Shown here: in pieces, positions 1 to 10,002 of the stretch
Position numbering within the stretch: position 1 is the first letter of the stretch
Layout: every line of letters starts with the position of its first letter
Source: an uncultured bacterium
GTDB lineage: Bacteria; Desulfobacterota_D; UBA1144; Nemesobacterales; UBA2774
NCBI GenBank assembly: GCA_963705505.1
Contig: CAVPJU010000005.1
Span: 10,472-74,471, forward strand
Length of the DNA stretch: 64,000 bases
Direction: 5' to 3'
Made by a program: the position numbers and the translations under genes
Notes under the pieces: generated by a model
Database searches by the model: none
What the model saw: the letters and a program-made list of their open reading frames with translations, nothing else
What the model was told of the DNA's origin: nothing

Positions 1-227
1 CGCCAATTCTGTGAATGTCGGGGGAAGAAACGACTTTCTGGATTGATATCGGTACTAGGGTAAACCCCCACCCAAACCCTCCCCCGTTAGGGGGAAGGAA
101 GTTCATATGAAGGGGAGCGGGGATTGTAGAAGCCGCTGCCTGTGCCGGGGTGACGAAAAGGAAAAAAACGACTCGCAAATTCCACGGAATCCGGCATAAT
201 TATCAAGAGATTTTTGGAGGGTGATAA

Positions 228-863
228 ATGAAACTTATGAATCCGAAGTTTGCTGTTTGTTTCGTAATAGCTTTACTGATGTCGGCGGCTCTGGCTGCCG
301 GGTGCAAGAAGAACGCAACCCAGCAGGCGAGCGCCCCCGCTCCAGCTCCTGTCTATACCCCCGCTCAGGTGACGAGGGGGGCCGAGCTCGTGAACGAATG
401 GAAGTGCAACTACTGCCATACGCCCGAGCTGAAGGGGCCCGACGGGAAACCGATCCCCAATCCGCAGAGGCTGCTATCGGGACACCCGCAGGACGAGAAA
501 ATCCCCGACATCTCCGACATGGTGATCACGTCGCCCGAGTTCATGGAGTTCCTCGACAACCTCGAGAACACGGTATGGGCGACTAACGACAAGCTCGTAT
601 TCGCCTCGAACCTGACGCCGGATATCGCGACGGGTATAGGGTCGTGGAACGAAACCCAGTTCCTCGAGACGCTGAGATCGGGGATACACATGGGACTCGG
701 CAGGAGGATACTCTATCCGATGCCGTGGCAGGAGTTGGCGCAGCTTCCCGACGGCGACCTCATATCGATCTTCGCGTATCTGCGGACGATAGACCCGGTG
801 AGCAACAAGGTCCCGCCCGCGATCGTGCTGATGAGATGGAGAGGGATGCGAAGTGCGGCATGA
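228..863 (+). CDS. c-type cytochrome lipoprotein
   Basis: Lipobox-like AAGC, CxxCH (CNYCHTP), ASNLTPD..TGIGSW motif, MPW axial Met region; GGAGG upstream. Confidence 0.8.
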   Translation: MKLMNPKFAVCFVIALLMSAALAAGCKKNATQQASAPAPAPVYTPAQVTRGAELVNEWKCNYCHTPELKGPDGKPIPNPQRLLSGHPQDEKIPDISDMVITSPEFMEFLDNLENTVWATNDKLVFASNLTPDIATGIGSWNETQFLETLRSGIHMGLGRRILYPMPWQELAQLPDGDLISIFAYLRTIDPVSNKVPPAIVLMRWRGMRSAA

Positions 864-875
864 TGCACTTCGCGA

Positions 876-1505
876 CCCTTCGACTGCACACTTCGTAAGC
901 GCTCAGGGTGAACGGGTTTACAAGGTTGATTGTCTCACCTCATTTCAATGCGCTTGCAATGACAAAGAAAAGGCAAAGCACACATGCTGAAGCAGATTCA
1001 GCGCAACACAATTGAGATTGCTGCTGTTGATTTGCTGCCTCATAAAGAAAAAGCAAAGGCAAAGATAGTTTCTTCTTTTCCTTGATGAAAAGAAGCAAAA
1101 ATCACACACATAGTGTGGTCTCTCGAAAAGACAGCACAGAATTGGCTAAAAATCCCTCGTTAACGCTAAAATGTTTTAATTCCACCCCAATTAGTATTAA
1201 GGCTTAGCGAAGCAAGACTCATGACATTATTGCATTTAGCGAATGGCGTCCGATTCCTTGCTTGCTCGGGATCGTCCCCTAAAACATTTTTCGTGCGTTA
1301 ACGAGTGATTTTCTTAACGCAAATTCTGTAATGTCGGGGGAAAAGGCTTTCTGAATTGATAGGACTAAGGTAACCCCCCACCCAAACCCTCCCCCCTTGA
1401 TAATTGGGGAGGGAATTTTATGTGCGGGCGCTTGCCCGCCGCCAATTCTGTGATGTCGGGGAAAAGAAAAGGCGGGATTGCCGCGCTTACTGCACGCAAT
1501 GACGA
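876..1505 (+). repeat. Intergenic mosaic repeat block
   Basis: TTCTTTTCCTTGATGAAAAGAA hairpin, long hairpin core 1130-1337 with one nested unit, CCCTCCCC/GGGGAGGG palindrome, GCGGGCGCTTGCCCGC module. Confidence 0.9.
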
Positions 1506-1580
1506 ATGTGAGTGGTTCGATGGGGATTGTCGTTTGACGGGATTAGGGGGCTCGGAACTCCAGCGGAATTTGAGGGTGCG

Positions 1581-2223
1581 TTACTGCGCGGGGGAGCAGC
1601 GGAACTGGCGGAGGGAGGATTCCTTTCCGGTCCTGAGGTCAAGACGACATCTTCTCCTCGTAGATTATGTTGAGGCCCTGCTTCTTCCATTCGGACGCGG
1701 CGGGGCACGGTATCTTTTCGAGCGCGCCCGTCACCTCGTCCCTCGTCTCGTAATATGTCAGGACTCCGTGCTCGATCCTGGCGCCGGAGTACCTTAGCGC
1801 GAGGAGCGGGAACTTTTTCTCCATAATGTCGAATACCGAGAGCGTCCGGTATGAAGGGCCCGTACCCTGGTCTATGAACAGGTAGTTCCCGGAAATGCCG
1901 CCGAAGAAGTTCTCTCCGCCGGACTCGCCGGAAGGGATCGAGAAATATTTCTCGCCCTTGCCGGCTCCGCAGGGGTCTCCGGGAGGGGAGGGCGGCTTGT
2001 AAATATGGATGTCCTGGCCCGGAAAGTCCGCGTTCTGTATCACATATATCGTATATTCCTTATAGACATAAGCCGCGCCGTCGGGGCAGTTCGTTACCGC
2101 GGGCTTGTCAGTCCCCGGCAGGAGGGAAACCGACGGGTGCGCGGGGGGTTCTTGCCCTATGGCAGCGGTGACGGCGGCCATGATGATGACGACGAGGGTA
2201 GCCGTGAATAGTGCGTTTCGCAT
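1581..2223 (-). CDS. Secreted hypothetical protein, probable frameshift near the 3' end
   Basis: Signal peptide MRNALFTATLVV; ORF stops at 1639, but the adjacent frame continues LDLRTGKESSLRQFRCSPAQ* to 1581. Confidence 0.6.
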
Positions 2224-2352
2224 GGGGGAATTATACACGCGTGGTGCGGAAGGGGAAAAGAGCGCAGGTTTTGAGTCTTACTCTCTGTTCATATTTGGTT
2301 GCAAAAATTCATCAAAAATCGTATAATGAATTTAATTAATTCTTTGAGGAGG

Positions 2353-2897
2353 ATGAATATGACTAACCGTGTATTACCGAATTTATACTTTTCTTTATTG
2401 CATGGTTTCCGGTTTTCTGGCTTTATCGGCACGGGCGGGTTTTTTAGATATCCCCGACGGTGATTGTGCATTTGGCATTATAAAATCTGCACCTCAGACT
2501 GATTCCTCTCTACCTTTTGAGTTCACCCAGGCGGTGAACGGGGTCGAATCCGAAATCACCGTGTTCTCGAATACGTTGACGCCGCCCGATTTCGTATTCG
2601 TGAGCGACGGAGGCACCGTAAGCTACACGGAATTGCCTCAGGAAGGGTGGACGCTCGAGGACATTCGAGTGCGTCGAGGGAGCAGGCGTTGATATTACGA
2701 AGACCGAGGACAGCGTGACTTTCGAATGCGTCCAACCAAGCGGACAATTTTCTGCTGCGTTCTGCTTCTTCGAGAATAGAGTATCAGCCGACAAGATACC
2801 CACGCTTTCCGAGTGGGGGATGATAACTGCGGCGGCAGGGTTGGGCTTGATCGGAGTGTTCTTCGCGGTGAGAAGGCGGAAATCGCTTAGCGCCTAG
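2353..2897 (+). pseudogene. IPTL-CTERM sorting-domain protein, frameshifted (or sequencing error)
   Basis: ORFs 2369-2692 and 2715-2897 join across a frameshift; C-terminal IPTLSEWG + TM + RRRK. Confidence 0.75.
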
Positions 2898-2953
2898 GCA
2901 GGAATAAATTTAAGGACGAGACCCTGAAGCTAGTTCAGGGTGACTAAATATAA

Positions 2954-3027
2954 CAGGCCTCTTCCCTCTGAGCGGGGGGAAGAGGCTTTTTTGTTTGGGG
3001 GAGCGGGGGAAGAGGCTTTTTTGTTTT
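2954..3027 (+). terminator. Intrinsic terminator with duplicated 3' arm
   Basis: GCCTCTTCCC..GGGAAGAGGC-TTTTTT; GAGCGGGGAAGAGGCTTTTTTGTTT-like arm repeated in tandem. Confidence 0.6.
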
Positions 3028-3151
3028 CGGGGACAATAATCGGCGGAGGAGCTGGAAAACCTGTACTTACACACTTCCTGTGTGTTGCGTTGGGGCAGGG
3101 CGTTACATATAATTTCGTTGGTTTCTATTTATTTATAAGCGGAGGCAGGAC

Positions 3152-3598
3152 ATGGGATTTATTTCGAGAACTGTATTTTGCGTGTGCGGGGTGATTGTAC
3201 TGGGTCTCGCGCTCCCGGGCGCATTTGCCGCGGAGGGCGAGCTATCGATAACGCCGGGGATGTACCGCGTCACGAGCAGTACGAGGTCGAACTACGACAC
3301 GCAGCCGAGGGAGACGACTATCGACAGGTGCATTACGTCAAAGAGCCTCGACCCGGATACGATACTCCAGGGGAAGGAGAACTGCGAGATAGACAACGTC
3401 GTGAAGTCGGGCGCGAGTGCGAGCTTCGATTTCATGTGCAAGGACCCCCAGAGCGGGAGGAAGCTCGTCGGGCATGCGGAGTACTCGAGCCTGGGGACTT
3501 CATTCAGCTTTAAGTTCAAGATCGACAGCCCTTACGGGGATAAGCATCTCGAGCTTACCTCTCAGGGCACCGCGAGCCGCACCGGGGACTGCAGCTGA
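3152..3598 (+). CDS. DUF3617-like secreted protein
   Basis: Signal peptide, PGMYRVT, paired Cys, terminal RTGDC; paralogue of 8260-8706. Confidence 0.7.
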   Translation: MGFISRTVFCVCGVIVLGLALPGAFAAEGELSITPGMYRVTSSTRSNYDTQPRETTIDRCITSKSLDPDTILQGKENCEIDNVVKSGASASFDFMCKDPQSGRKLVGHAEYSSLGTSFSFKFKIDSPYGDKHLELTSQGTASRTGDCS

Positions 3599-3832
3599 GG
3601 GGCGGTTAAGGGGTCCGATAGCATCCATCGGCAGCGGTTGCGGGCGAAGCGGTTATAAGATATCGCGGATATATGTTCAATATGTACTATCGGGGTGTAT
3701 AATTACTCTGCCCGCGCTGCGGAAGGTTCCGCCCGTGTATGCCAGCGGGGCGGGTTGATTCCGAAAAGAGAATGTAGTAAAATCGACTGTGAGCAAGGGG
3801 AGTTAGAAAATCCCGTCAAAGGAGGGTAAATC

Positions 3833-4363
3833 ATGGAGAGTAACAAATCAGTGAGGAAGTTCGTTGTCGGCGCTATTTCCTGCGTGTTATTTATAGCTGT
3901 GTCGGCTGTCGGCGTTTATGCGCAGACCCCCGGCAGCAGCGTTTATCCGCAGCCCCCGCCTGCTCCTGCACCGCCAGCTTCGCCGTGCTCATCGCAGGAG
4001 GGCATCTCGTGCTCCGAGACGTGCGTGCCCACCGTCATAGACGTGGAGACGGTCAAGTCGAGCGGAGTCGCGGTATCGGAAGTTTCCGAGAGCCAGCAGG
4101 TCAGCATGCTTGCCGGAAGGGCGCTCGATTTCAGGGCGCACTGCCCCGCAGGGTCATTCGCGATAGGCGGCGGATATACGATTGTCCCCGAAGGATCGAC
4201 GATCGATCTCAGGGAGGTCAGGGTTTCTTCGAGCGTGGCCGACAACACGAACCCGAACGGATGGAACGGATGGAAGGTGTCGGTGTTCAGGAAAGAAGGC
4301 GCAGGCTCGCCTGACAATTGTCTGAAGGTCGAAGTGCGCGCATACTGCGTCCAGGGTCAGTAA
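3833..4363 (+). CDS. Secreted Cys/Pro-rich hypothetical protein
   Basis: GGAGG RBS, signal peptide, C-terminal CPAG..AIGGGY..AYC domain. Confidence 0.7.
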   Translation: MESNKSVRKFVVGAISCVLFIAVSAVGVYAQTPGSSVYPQPPPAPAPPASPCSSQEGISCSETCVPTVIDVETVKSSGVAVSEVSESQQVSMLAGRALDFRAHCPAGSFAIGGGYTIVPEGSTIDLREVRVSSSVADNTNPNGWNGWKVSVFRKEGAGSPDNCLKVEVRAYCVQGQ

Positions 4364-4431
4364 AAGACGCGCGGATTGAAGCGGGCGTACCAGCCCGTGT
4401 TATTCGAGATACTGTGATATGGAAATGATCG

Positions 4432-4471
4432 CTCCCCGCTCCGCCGGAAACGGCGGGACGGGGAGTTTTTT
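4432..4471 (+). terminator. Intrinsic terminator
   Basis: CTCCCCG..CGGGGAG stem followed by a T-run. Confidence 0.7.
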
Positions 4472-4499
4472 TATTTGGAGGGGAGGGATTGAAGACTAA

Positions 4500-5292
4500 G
4501 ATGAAATTGCCGCGGTCGCTTCCGGCTTCGCCAGTAGGCTACTCCGGGACAAGCCGCTCTCTCGCAAAGACGAAGAAAAAGAAAAGATAATATCTTCTTT
4601 TCCTTGATACAAAGAACCAAAAATCACACACATAGTGTGGTCTCTCGAAAAGACGGATAAGAGAGAAGGCAAAAGTATTTTCTTCTTTTCCTTGATGACT
4701 CGTCAGGGCGGAGCCTGCCGTAGCCTGGAAAGAAGCAAAAATCATCCGACAGCACAGAATTTGCTAAAAATCTCTTGTTAACGCTAAAATGTTTCAATTC
4801 TACCCCAATTTGTATTAAGGCTTAGCGAAGCAAGACTCATGACATAATTGCATTTAGCGAATGGCGTCCGATTCCTTGCTTGCTCGGAATCGTCCCATGA
4901 AAGATTTATCGACGCCTTAATAATCTATTTTCTTCACGCCAATTCTGTGAATGTCGGGGAAAAGACAAAGGCTGGATTCCCGATCGTAGTCGGGAATGAC
5001 AGGAATATTAATGTACACCCCCACCCGGACCCTCCCCCTTTTCTTAAGGGGGAGGGAAATTTATATGTGGGCGCTTGCCCGCCGCTAATTCCGTGAATGT
5101 CGGGGAAAAAGACAAGATTCCCGATTAAGCCATTCGGGATTGATTGGTGTATTGAGGTAAACCCCCACCCGAACTATATTAGCTCAGGCAACCTAGAGCC
5201 AGGAGTTAAGGTGTGACGTACTCCTTGTTGGGGGTGCAACCGATTCCTTACTTGTTCGGAATCGTTCCCCACTTTAGAAAGGGGGGAGGAAA
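4500..5292 (+). repeat. Intergenic mosaic repeat block
   Basis: Same modules as 876-1505 plus GATTCCC..GGGAATGAC and a unit-filled palindrome at 5160-5290. Confidence 0.9.
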
Positions 5293-5359
5293 TTAAATTT
5301 GATTGTGCAGGTCATGCGGAGGAGCGTCGCGGCTATCGTAGATGAACGCGATTCGGCGC

Positions 5360-6715
5360 TCAGGATTTGTTATTGCCGAGGTATTTTCCGGCGCGGTATA
5401 TGAGCTGGTATATGACCGGGACTACCATCAGCCCGCCGATGAACCAGAGGTCTTTTCTGTTCTCGGGGCTCCGGGCCGTCTGCACAAGCATCACGGCGAG
5501 CGCGAAAAAACACACGGCCGCGGCTATTGCCGGGACGGAGCGCTTGCTGCCTGTCTCCCCGGCGAGCTTCGCGTTCGCTACGTTGACGGTGAGGAATATG
5601 ACGATGAACCCCGCGCTCGCGGCGGCGGATAGGGAGTGGAGGTCGAGGAAATTGGCGATTACGAGCACGAGGAGAGAGATGACGATGAGCCCCGCCGGGT
5701 GGCGCCCGCGGTACTGACGCTCGTATATGGTGGGCGCTTCTTCGACCTTCGCGAGCATGATCGGGAGCTTGGACGCGCCGAAGAGGCCTGCGTTGATGGC
5801 TGAGGCAGTGGCGAGTATTGCGCCCACGGCGAGCAGCACGAAACCCGCCTTGCCCATGAATAATTCAGCAGCGGCGGAGAGCGTGTAGTCGCGCGAGCCC
5901 GAGACGGCGTCGAAGCTCATGTGCCCGAGGACGACGACGATTATCAGCACGTAGAAAACGAGCGCCGTCGCGACGGAGCCGTAGTAGGCGAGGGGGAGGT
6001 TCCTCTCTCGGTCTTTCACCTGGTCCGAGACGTTTGCGATGAGCTCGAACCCTTCATAGCTCAGGAAGACGAGCATGCCAGCGGCGATTATGCCCGGGGC
6101 CGGGACCCATTCGGAGGGGGCCATGCGCGCGAACGTGAGGCCGCTGCCCGACAGGCCTAGTACGACGAAGACAAAGAGTATGAGCAGCTTGCTAAGGTTG
6201 AAGAACCCTTCGGAGCGCTCGACGAGCGCCGGGCCCGCGAAATTCACAAGCGCGAGGAGGACGATGACGCCCGAGACGAGGACCCTGTGCCAGCGGGCGT
6301 ATTCAGCGTGCGGGAAGAACGTGGCCGCGGCGTAATTGGCGAATGCGTACGCGTAAACGGAGAGCAGCACGACGTAGCTCATCACGAGCAGCGTGTTGAG
6401 AGAGCCTGTGAAGAAACCGGGGCCGAAAGCTTTGTTGAGGAACGTCACGGTGCCGCCCTTGCTCGGATACGTGACGGAGAGCCTGACGTATGAGTAGGCT
6501 GTGAGGAGCGCGACTACGCCGCCTATGAGGAACGAGAGGAATGTCGCGCCGCGGGACTCGACTGTAGCGAGCCCGAGCGTGGCGAATATTCCGCCGCCGA
6601 CTATACCGCCGATGCCGATCGAGAATGCGCCCAGGAACCCGAGCGCGCTGCTTCCGCCTGAGATATTTTCGTCAGGATTGTCGAGCCGCCGGCGGATGCT
6701 CGATAAGAGCGCCAT
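5360..6715 (-). CDS. APC-family amino acid permease
   Basis: GGIVGGGIF TM1 motif, FLSYEGFE TM6 motif, about 12 TM segments. Confidence 0.9.
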   Translation of the reverse strand: MALLSSIRRRLDNPDENISGGSSALGFLGAFSIGIGGIVGGGIFATLGLATVESRGATFLSFLIGGVVALLTAYSYVRLSVTYPSKGGTVTFLNKAFGPGFFTGSLNTLLVMSYVVLLSVYAYAFANYAAATFFPHAEYARWHRVLVSGVIVLLALVNFAGPALVERSEGFFNLSKLLILFVFVVLGLSGSGLTFARMAPSEWVPAPGIIAAGMLVFLSYEGFELIANVSDQVKDRERNLPLAYYGSVATALVFYVLIIVVVLGHMSFDAVSGSRDYTLSAAAELFMGKAGFVLLAVGAILATASAINAGLFGASKLPIMLAKVEEAPTIYERQYRGRHPAGLIVISLLVLVIANFLDLHSLSAAASAGFIVIFLTVNVANAKLAGETGSKRSVPAIAAAVCFFALAVMLVQTARSPENRKDLWFIGGLMVVPVIYQLIYRAGKYLGNNKS

Positions 6716-6839
6716 AGGAACCTCCGGAAAACAGTGTCGTGTGATGAGTACTTGAGCGTTCGGTGAACATGGTTCGAATGATTAAATGTATATAACACAG
6801 GATTCGGAAAAAGATAGCGGAGGGGAGGGATTGAATTAC

Positions 6840-7345
6840 TGGACCCTGAAACGGGTTCAGGGTGACGGATATGAAAAGACAAAGAAAATGAAAAGTTAAA
6901 AATGTTTTTCTTCTTTTCCTTGATGACTCGTCAGGGCGGAGCCTGCCGTAGCCTGGAAAGAAGCAAAAATCACACACGTAGTGTGTTTCATGAAAAGACA
7001 GCACAGAATTGGCTAAAAAGTGATTATTCCGGCTAAAATATTTCAATTCCACCTCAATTAGTATTAAGGCTTAGCGAAGCAAGACTCATGACATAATTGC
7101 ATATAGCGAATGGCGTCCGATTCCTTGCTTGCTCGGAATCGTCCCGTAAAACATTTTCACGCCATAATAATCACTTTTCTTAACGCCAATTCTGTGAATG
7201 TCGGAAGGGAAAGACTTTCTTGATCGAGCAATAAAGTAAACCCCCCGCCCAAACCCTCCCCCCTTATAATGGGGGAGGGAATTTTATGCGCGGGCGCTTG
7301 CCCGCCGCCGATTCTGTGATGTCGGGGAAGGAAAAGACCAGGTTG
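6840..7345 (+). repeat. Intergenic mosaic repeat block
   Basis: Long hairpin core ~6998-7204 and associated modules. Confidence 0.9.
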
Positions 7346-7452
7346 CCGCGACTGCGGCTCGTAAGGCCGCGCTTTTAATTACAATAATACATTGTATGGA
7401 CAAATGAAGGACAATATATTAAAATGTGTGAATTGCGATTCAGGAGGATGAA

Positions 7453-7674
7453 ATGGGAAAGGATTCGACCATATACATAAGGATAGAGGAGGGGGAGAAG
7501 AGGGAGTTCGAGAGGCTCGTCTCGGGTCTCGGCATGACCCCCTCTCAGGCGGTGAGGATGTTCATAAAGAAGGCGCTTGCGCTCAGGGCCATCCCGTTTA
7601 AGGTGGGACTGCCTGAGGAAGGGAAGGGCGATCCCACCGATGAGAATGAGGACTACGAGAGCCTGTTTACGTAA
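7453..7674 (+). CDS. RelB/DinJ-family ribbon-helix-helix antitoxin-like protein
   Basis: IYIRIEEGEK..LGMTPSQAVRMF..IPF pattern; AGGAGG RBS. Confidence 0.75.
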   Translation: MGKDSTIYIRIEEGEKREFERLVSGLGMTPSQAVRMFIKKALALRAIPFKVGLPEEGKGDPTDENEDYESLFT

Positions 7675-7724
7675 GGGGCTTTGTTTGCGGCACATCGCTT
7701 GACGAGTTTTCGTGCGCAATTCGA

Positions 7725-8160
7725 CCCTTCGATCCTTCAACGGACACAGGACAGGAAGTTCGATCCTTCGATAGTTCGGCAAGCTCACTGCTCAGTATGA
7801 ACGGATTAGTATACTGAGGTGCCCCCTCATCCTTCACCTATTTTGGTTTAGGCGGCATTGAGCCGAGAGTTGAAGTCCTTCGGCGCCTTTGTTGGAAGGG
7901 CGTCCAATTGTGCGCTTGCTTGCAATCGTTCCTCGAAGGGGAGAAGGAATTCTCAAGCAAAGACAAAACGAAAGATTTATAAATTCTCCCTGACACTCTC
8001 GTCAGGGAGGAGCCAGCCGGAGCACGGCCTTTTTCTAAGGAGGGAATGAAAAGATAAAAGATGAGATTTCTCGCCTGCACCTCAAAATGACAAACTTCGG
8101 CAGGCTCAGGGCGAACGGGTTAAATGAAAAATTCACCTTAACCTTTTTTCAGAGCGGGAA
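7725..8160 (+). repeat. Intergenic mosaic repeat block (short modules)
   Basis: CCTTCGA..GCTCA modules, palindrome filled with a ~90-nt unit at 7841-7929. Confidence 0.75.
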
Positions 8161-8259
8161 TCTAGGCAATTAAGAGCGAGTTAATCTCGTTGAAATCGAG
8201 GGGCATCTAAACTATACTTTTGAAGGACGAATATAATTTATGACGGAGGAAGTTTCGAT

Positions 8260-8706
8260 ATGAAATTCACACGGACGCTGACACTTGTTATGATTCTCAT
8301 TGCCGGGGCGGCTGCGGGCGCGCGGGCGCAGGACGCGACACTCAATGTGACTCCGGGGAAGTATATGATCAAAAAGGAGACGAGCTCCAACGTGAAGCCC
8401 GAGCCCGTAGTAAAGACCGAGGAGAAATGTATTTCAGAACCGGTGTTTAAACCCGAAGACGCCCTCCCGGACAAGGAGAGCTGCTCGGTAAGCAACGTGA
8501 AGAAGAACGGCAATACTCTTACATTCGATATTGATTGCAAGGGGGGTTCTCAGACGCTCCCCATGAAAGGGACCGCCGAGTATAGCACGACAAGCTCCAC
8601 AATAAGCTGGAGCATAACTCTGAAGGGCGAGATGCAGGGCAATGAGGTAACGATCAACAGCAAGGCCTCAGGGAAGCGCATGGGGGACTGTCACGAGGCT
8701 ACTTAA
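8260..8706 (+). CDS. DUF3617-like secreted protein
   Basis: Signal peptide, PGKYMI, Cys pattern, terminal RMGDC. Confidence 0.7.
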   Translation: MKFTRTLTLVMILIAGAAAGARAQDATLNVTPGKYMIKKETSSNVKPEPVVKTEEKCISEPVFKPEDALPDKESCSVSNVKKNGNTLTFDIDCKGGSQTLPMKGTAEYSTTSSTISWSITLKGEMQGNEVTINSKASGKRMGDCHEAT

Positions 8707-8774
8707 TCCGGGCGGAGCCGTGTTGTTGTGATGGGGCCCGGTACGGAGCCGGCTGCGGGCGCGGGGTGGAGCTG

Positions 8775-9791
8775 TCAAGGGGTAGGAGACGGCGCGTAAC
8801 TGATGTCGAGGGGCTTTGCGACTTCAGGACTTCTTACCTTCCAAATCCATCCGTCGTAAATAAAGTGCAGGAACGAAGAGCCCGTGATATATATCGCGAA
8901 CGCGTTTTCGTTGTATTTAATCCCCAGATAGCAGATACCCGCGAGAGCGACCGAGAACGCTCCGCTGTAAATCCATTGTTTCCTCGATACCCTTGAGAAA
9001 AGGCTCGTAGTTTCGGGTTTTCTGGTATATTTCGAGCTCACGAATACGTTTACGAACGCTATGTATTCGAGCGCGTGTGAAAATCCGAACACTACGTATC
9101 CTATCACGAGGTCATAGAGGAAGATCGAGTATAACAAAAGCACTGATAATACGAAAAGGTTTTTGGGCAGGCTGATCTTATCGCGGTTTTTAAACTCCTC
9201 GGCGATATAGGCTACGGTAAAGTATATGGCGACAGCGAGAGCCGCGTAGGAGACGAGCGTGAATATGGGGAAATATTTCCCGACAGCGTCTATGAGGAAC
9301 TGGCCGGCCTGGTATTGATCGAGAACCCCCGCGTTCTTTTCCCCGAGGGCGAAGAAAAGGTATATGAGCCAGGAGTATATTATCCCTTTATCGATCCACG
9401 CCTTCCCGTAGCCCGCTTTCCGGGAATAGATCCTCGTAAACCCGTACTTCTGCGCAATCGTGTGGTATATGGTCCAGACGACGGATATGACCAGCAGGAG
9501 CTTGAATACCCCGGCTACAATGGATATCAGGGTTATGAGGGCGAACGCCGCGGGCATGAGGATATAACTCCTCTTCCTTTTTTCGAATTCCTCTTTCTGC
9601 CCGTAAACGAGGGCGAAAGTATAATGCCGGTGTACGAAATTGAACAGCAGGACCACTATAATGAGCGCATCGGTATATTGCCGGAATGTCAGGAACGCGA
9701 GGAAAACTATTATCCAGCCGTATGAGAAATACGTGAGGTCGAAACGCGGGCTCTGAATCCAGTATTTAATAGGCGGTGCCAATGTACTCAT
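8775..9791 (-). CDS. Multi-pass membrane protein with His motifs, function unknown
   Basis: About 8 TM segments; HRHYT, YHT..Q.YG and HFIYDGWIWK motifs. Confidence 0.7.
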   Translation of the reverse strand: MSTLAPPIKYWIQSPRFDLTYFSYGWIIVFLAFLTFRQYTDALIIVVLLFNFVHRHYTFALVYGQKEEFEKRKRSYILMPAAFALITLISIVAGVFKLLLVISVVWTIYHTIAQKYGFTRIYSRKAGYGKAWIDKGIIYSWLIYLFFALGEKNAGVLDQYQAGQFLIDAVGKYFPIFTLVSYAALAVAIYFTVAYIAEEFKNRDKISLPKNLFVLSVLLLYSIFLYDLVIGYVVFGFSHALEYIAFVNVFVSSKYTRKPETTSLFSRVSRKQWIYSGAFSVALAGICYLGIKYNENAFAIYITGSSFLHFIYDGWIWKVRSPEVAKPLDISYAPSPTP

Positions 9792-10002
9792 ATCAGGGTT
9801 TGTTCAAGCACTCCTATCGAGTCCGGGGAAAGGACTCAACTACCTTATATATAACATAAAAATTTTCACCCTGCAAAGAAAATTAACGGAGAGAACGTAG
9901 GGGGCGGCGGCGGATTATAAGAGGCTCAGATTTCTCGCGCGGCGAGACGAGCAAGAGACTCAGGGTGTGCGGGCCGGGGTTCGTAGAAACACACAATGTG
10001 TG

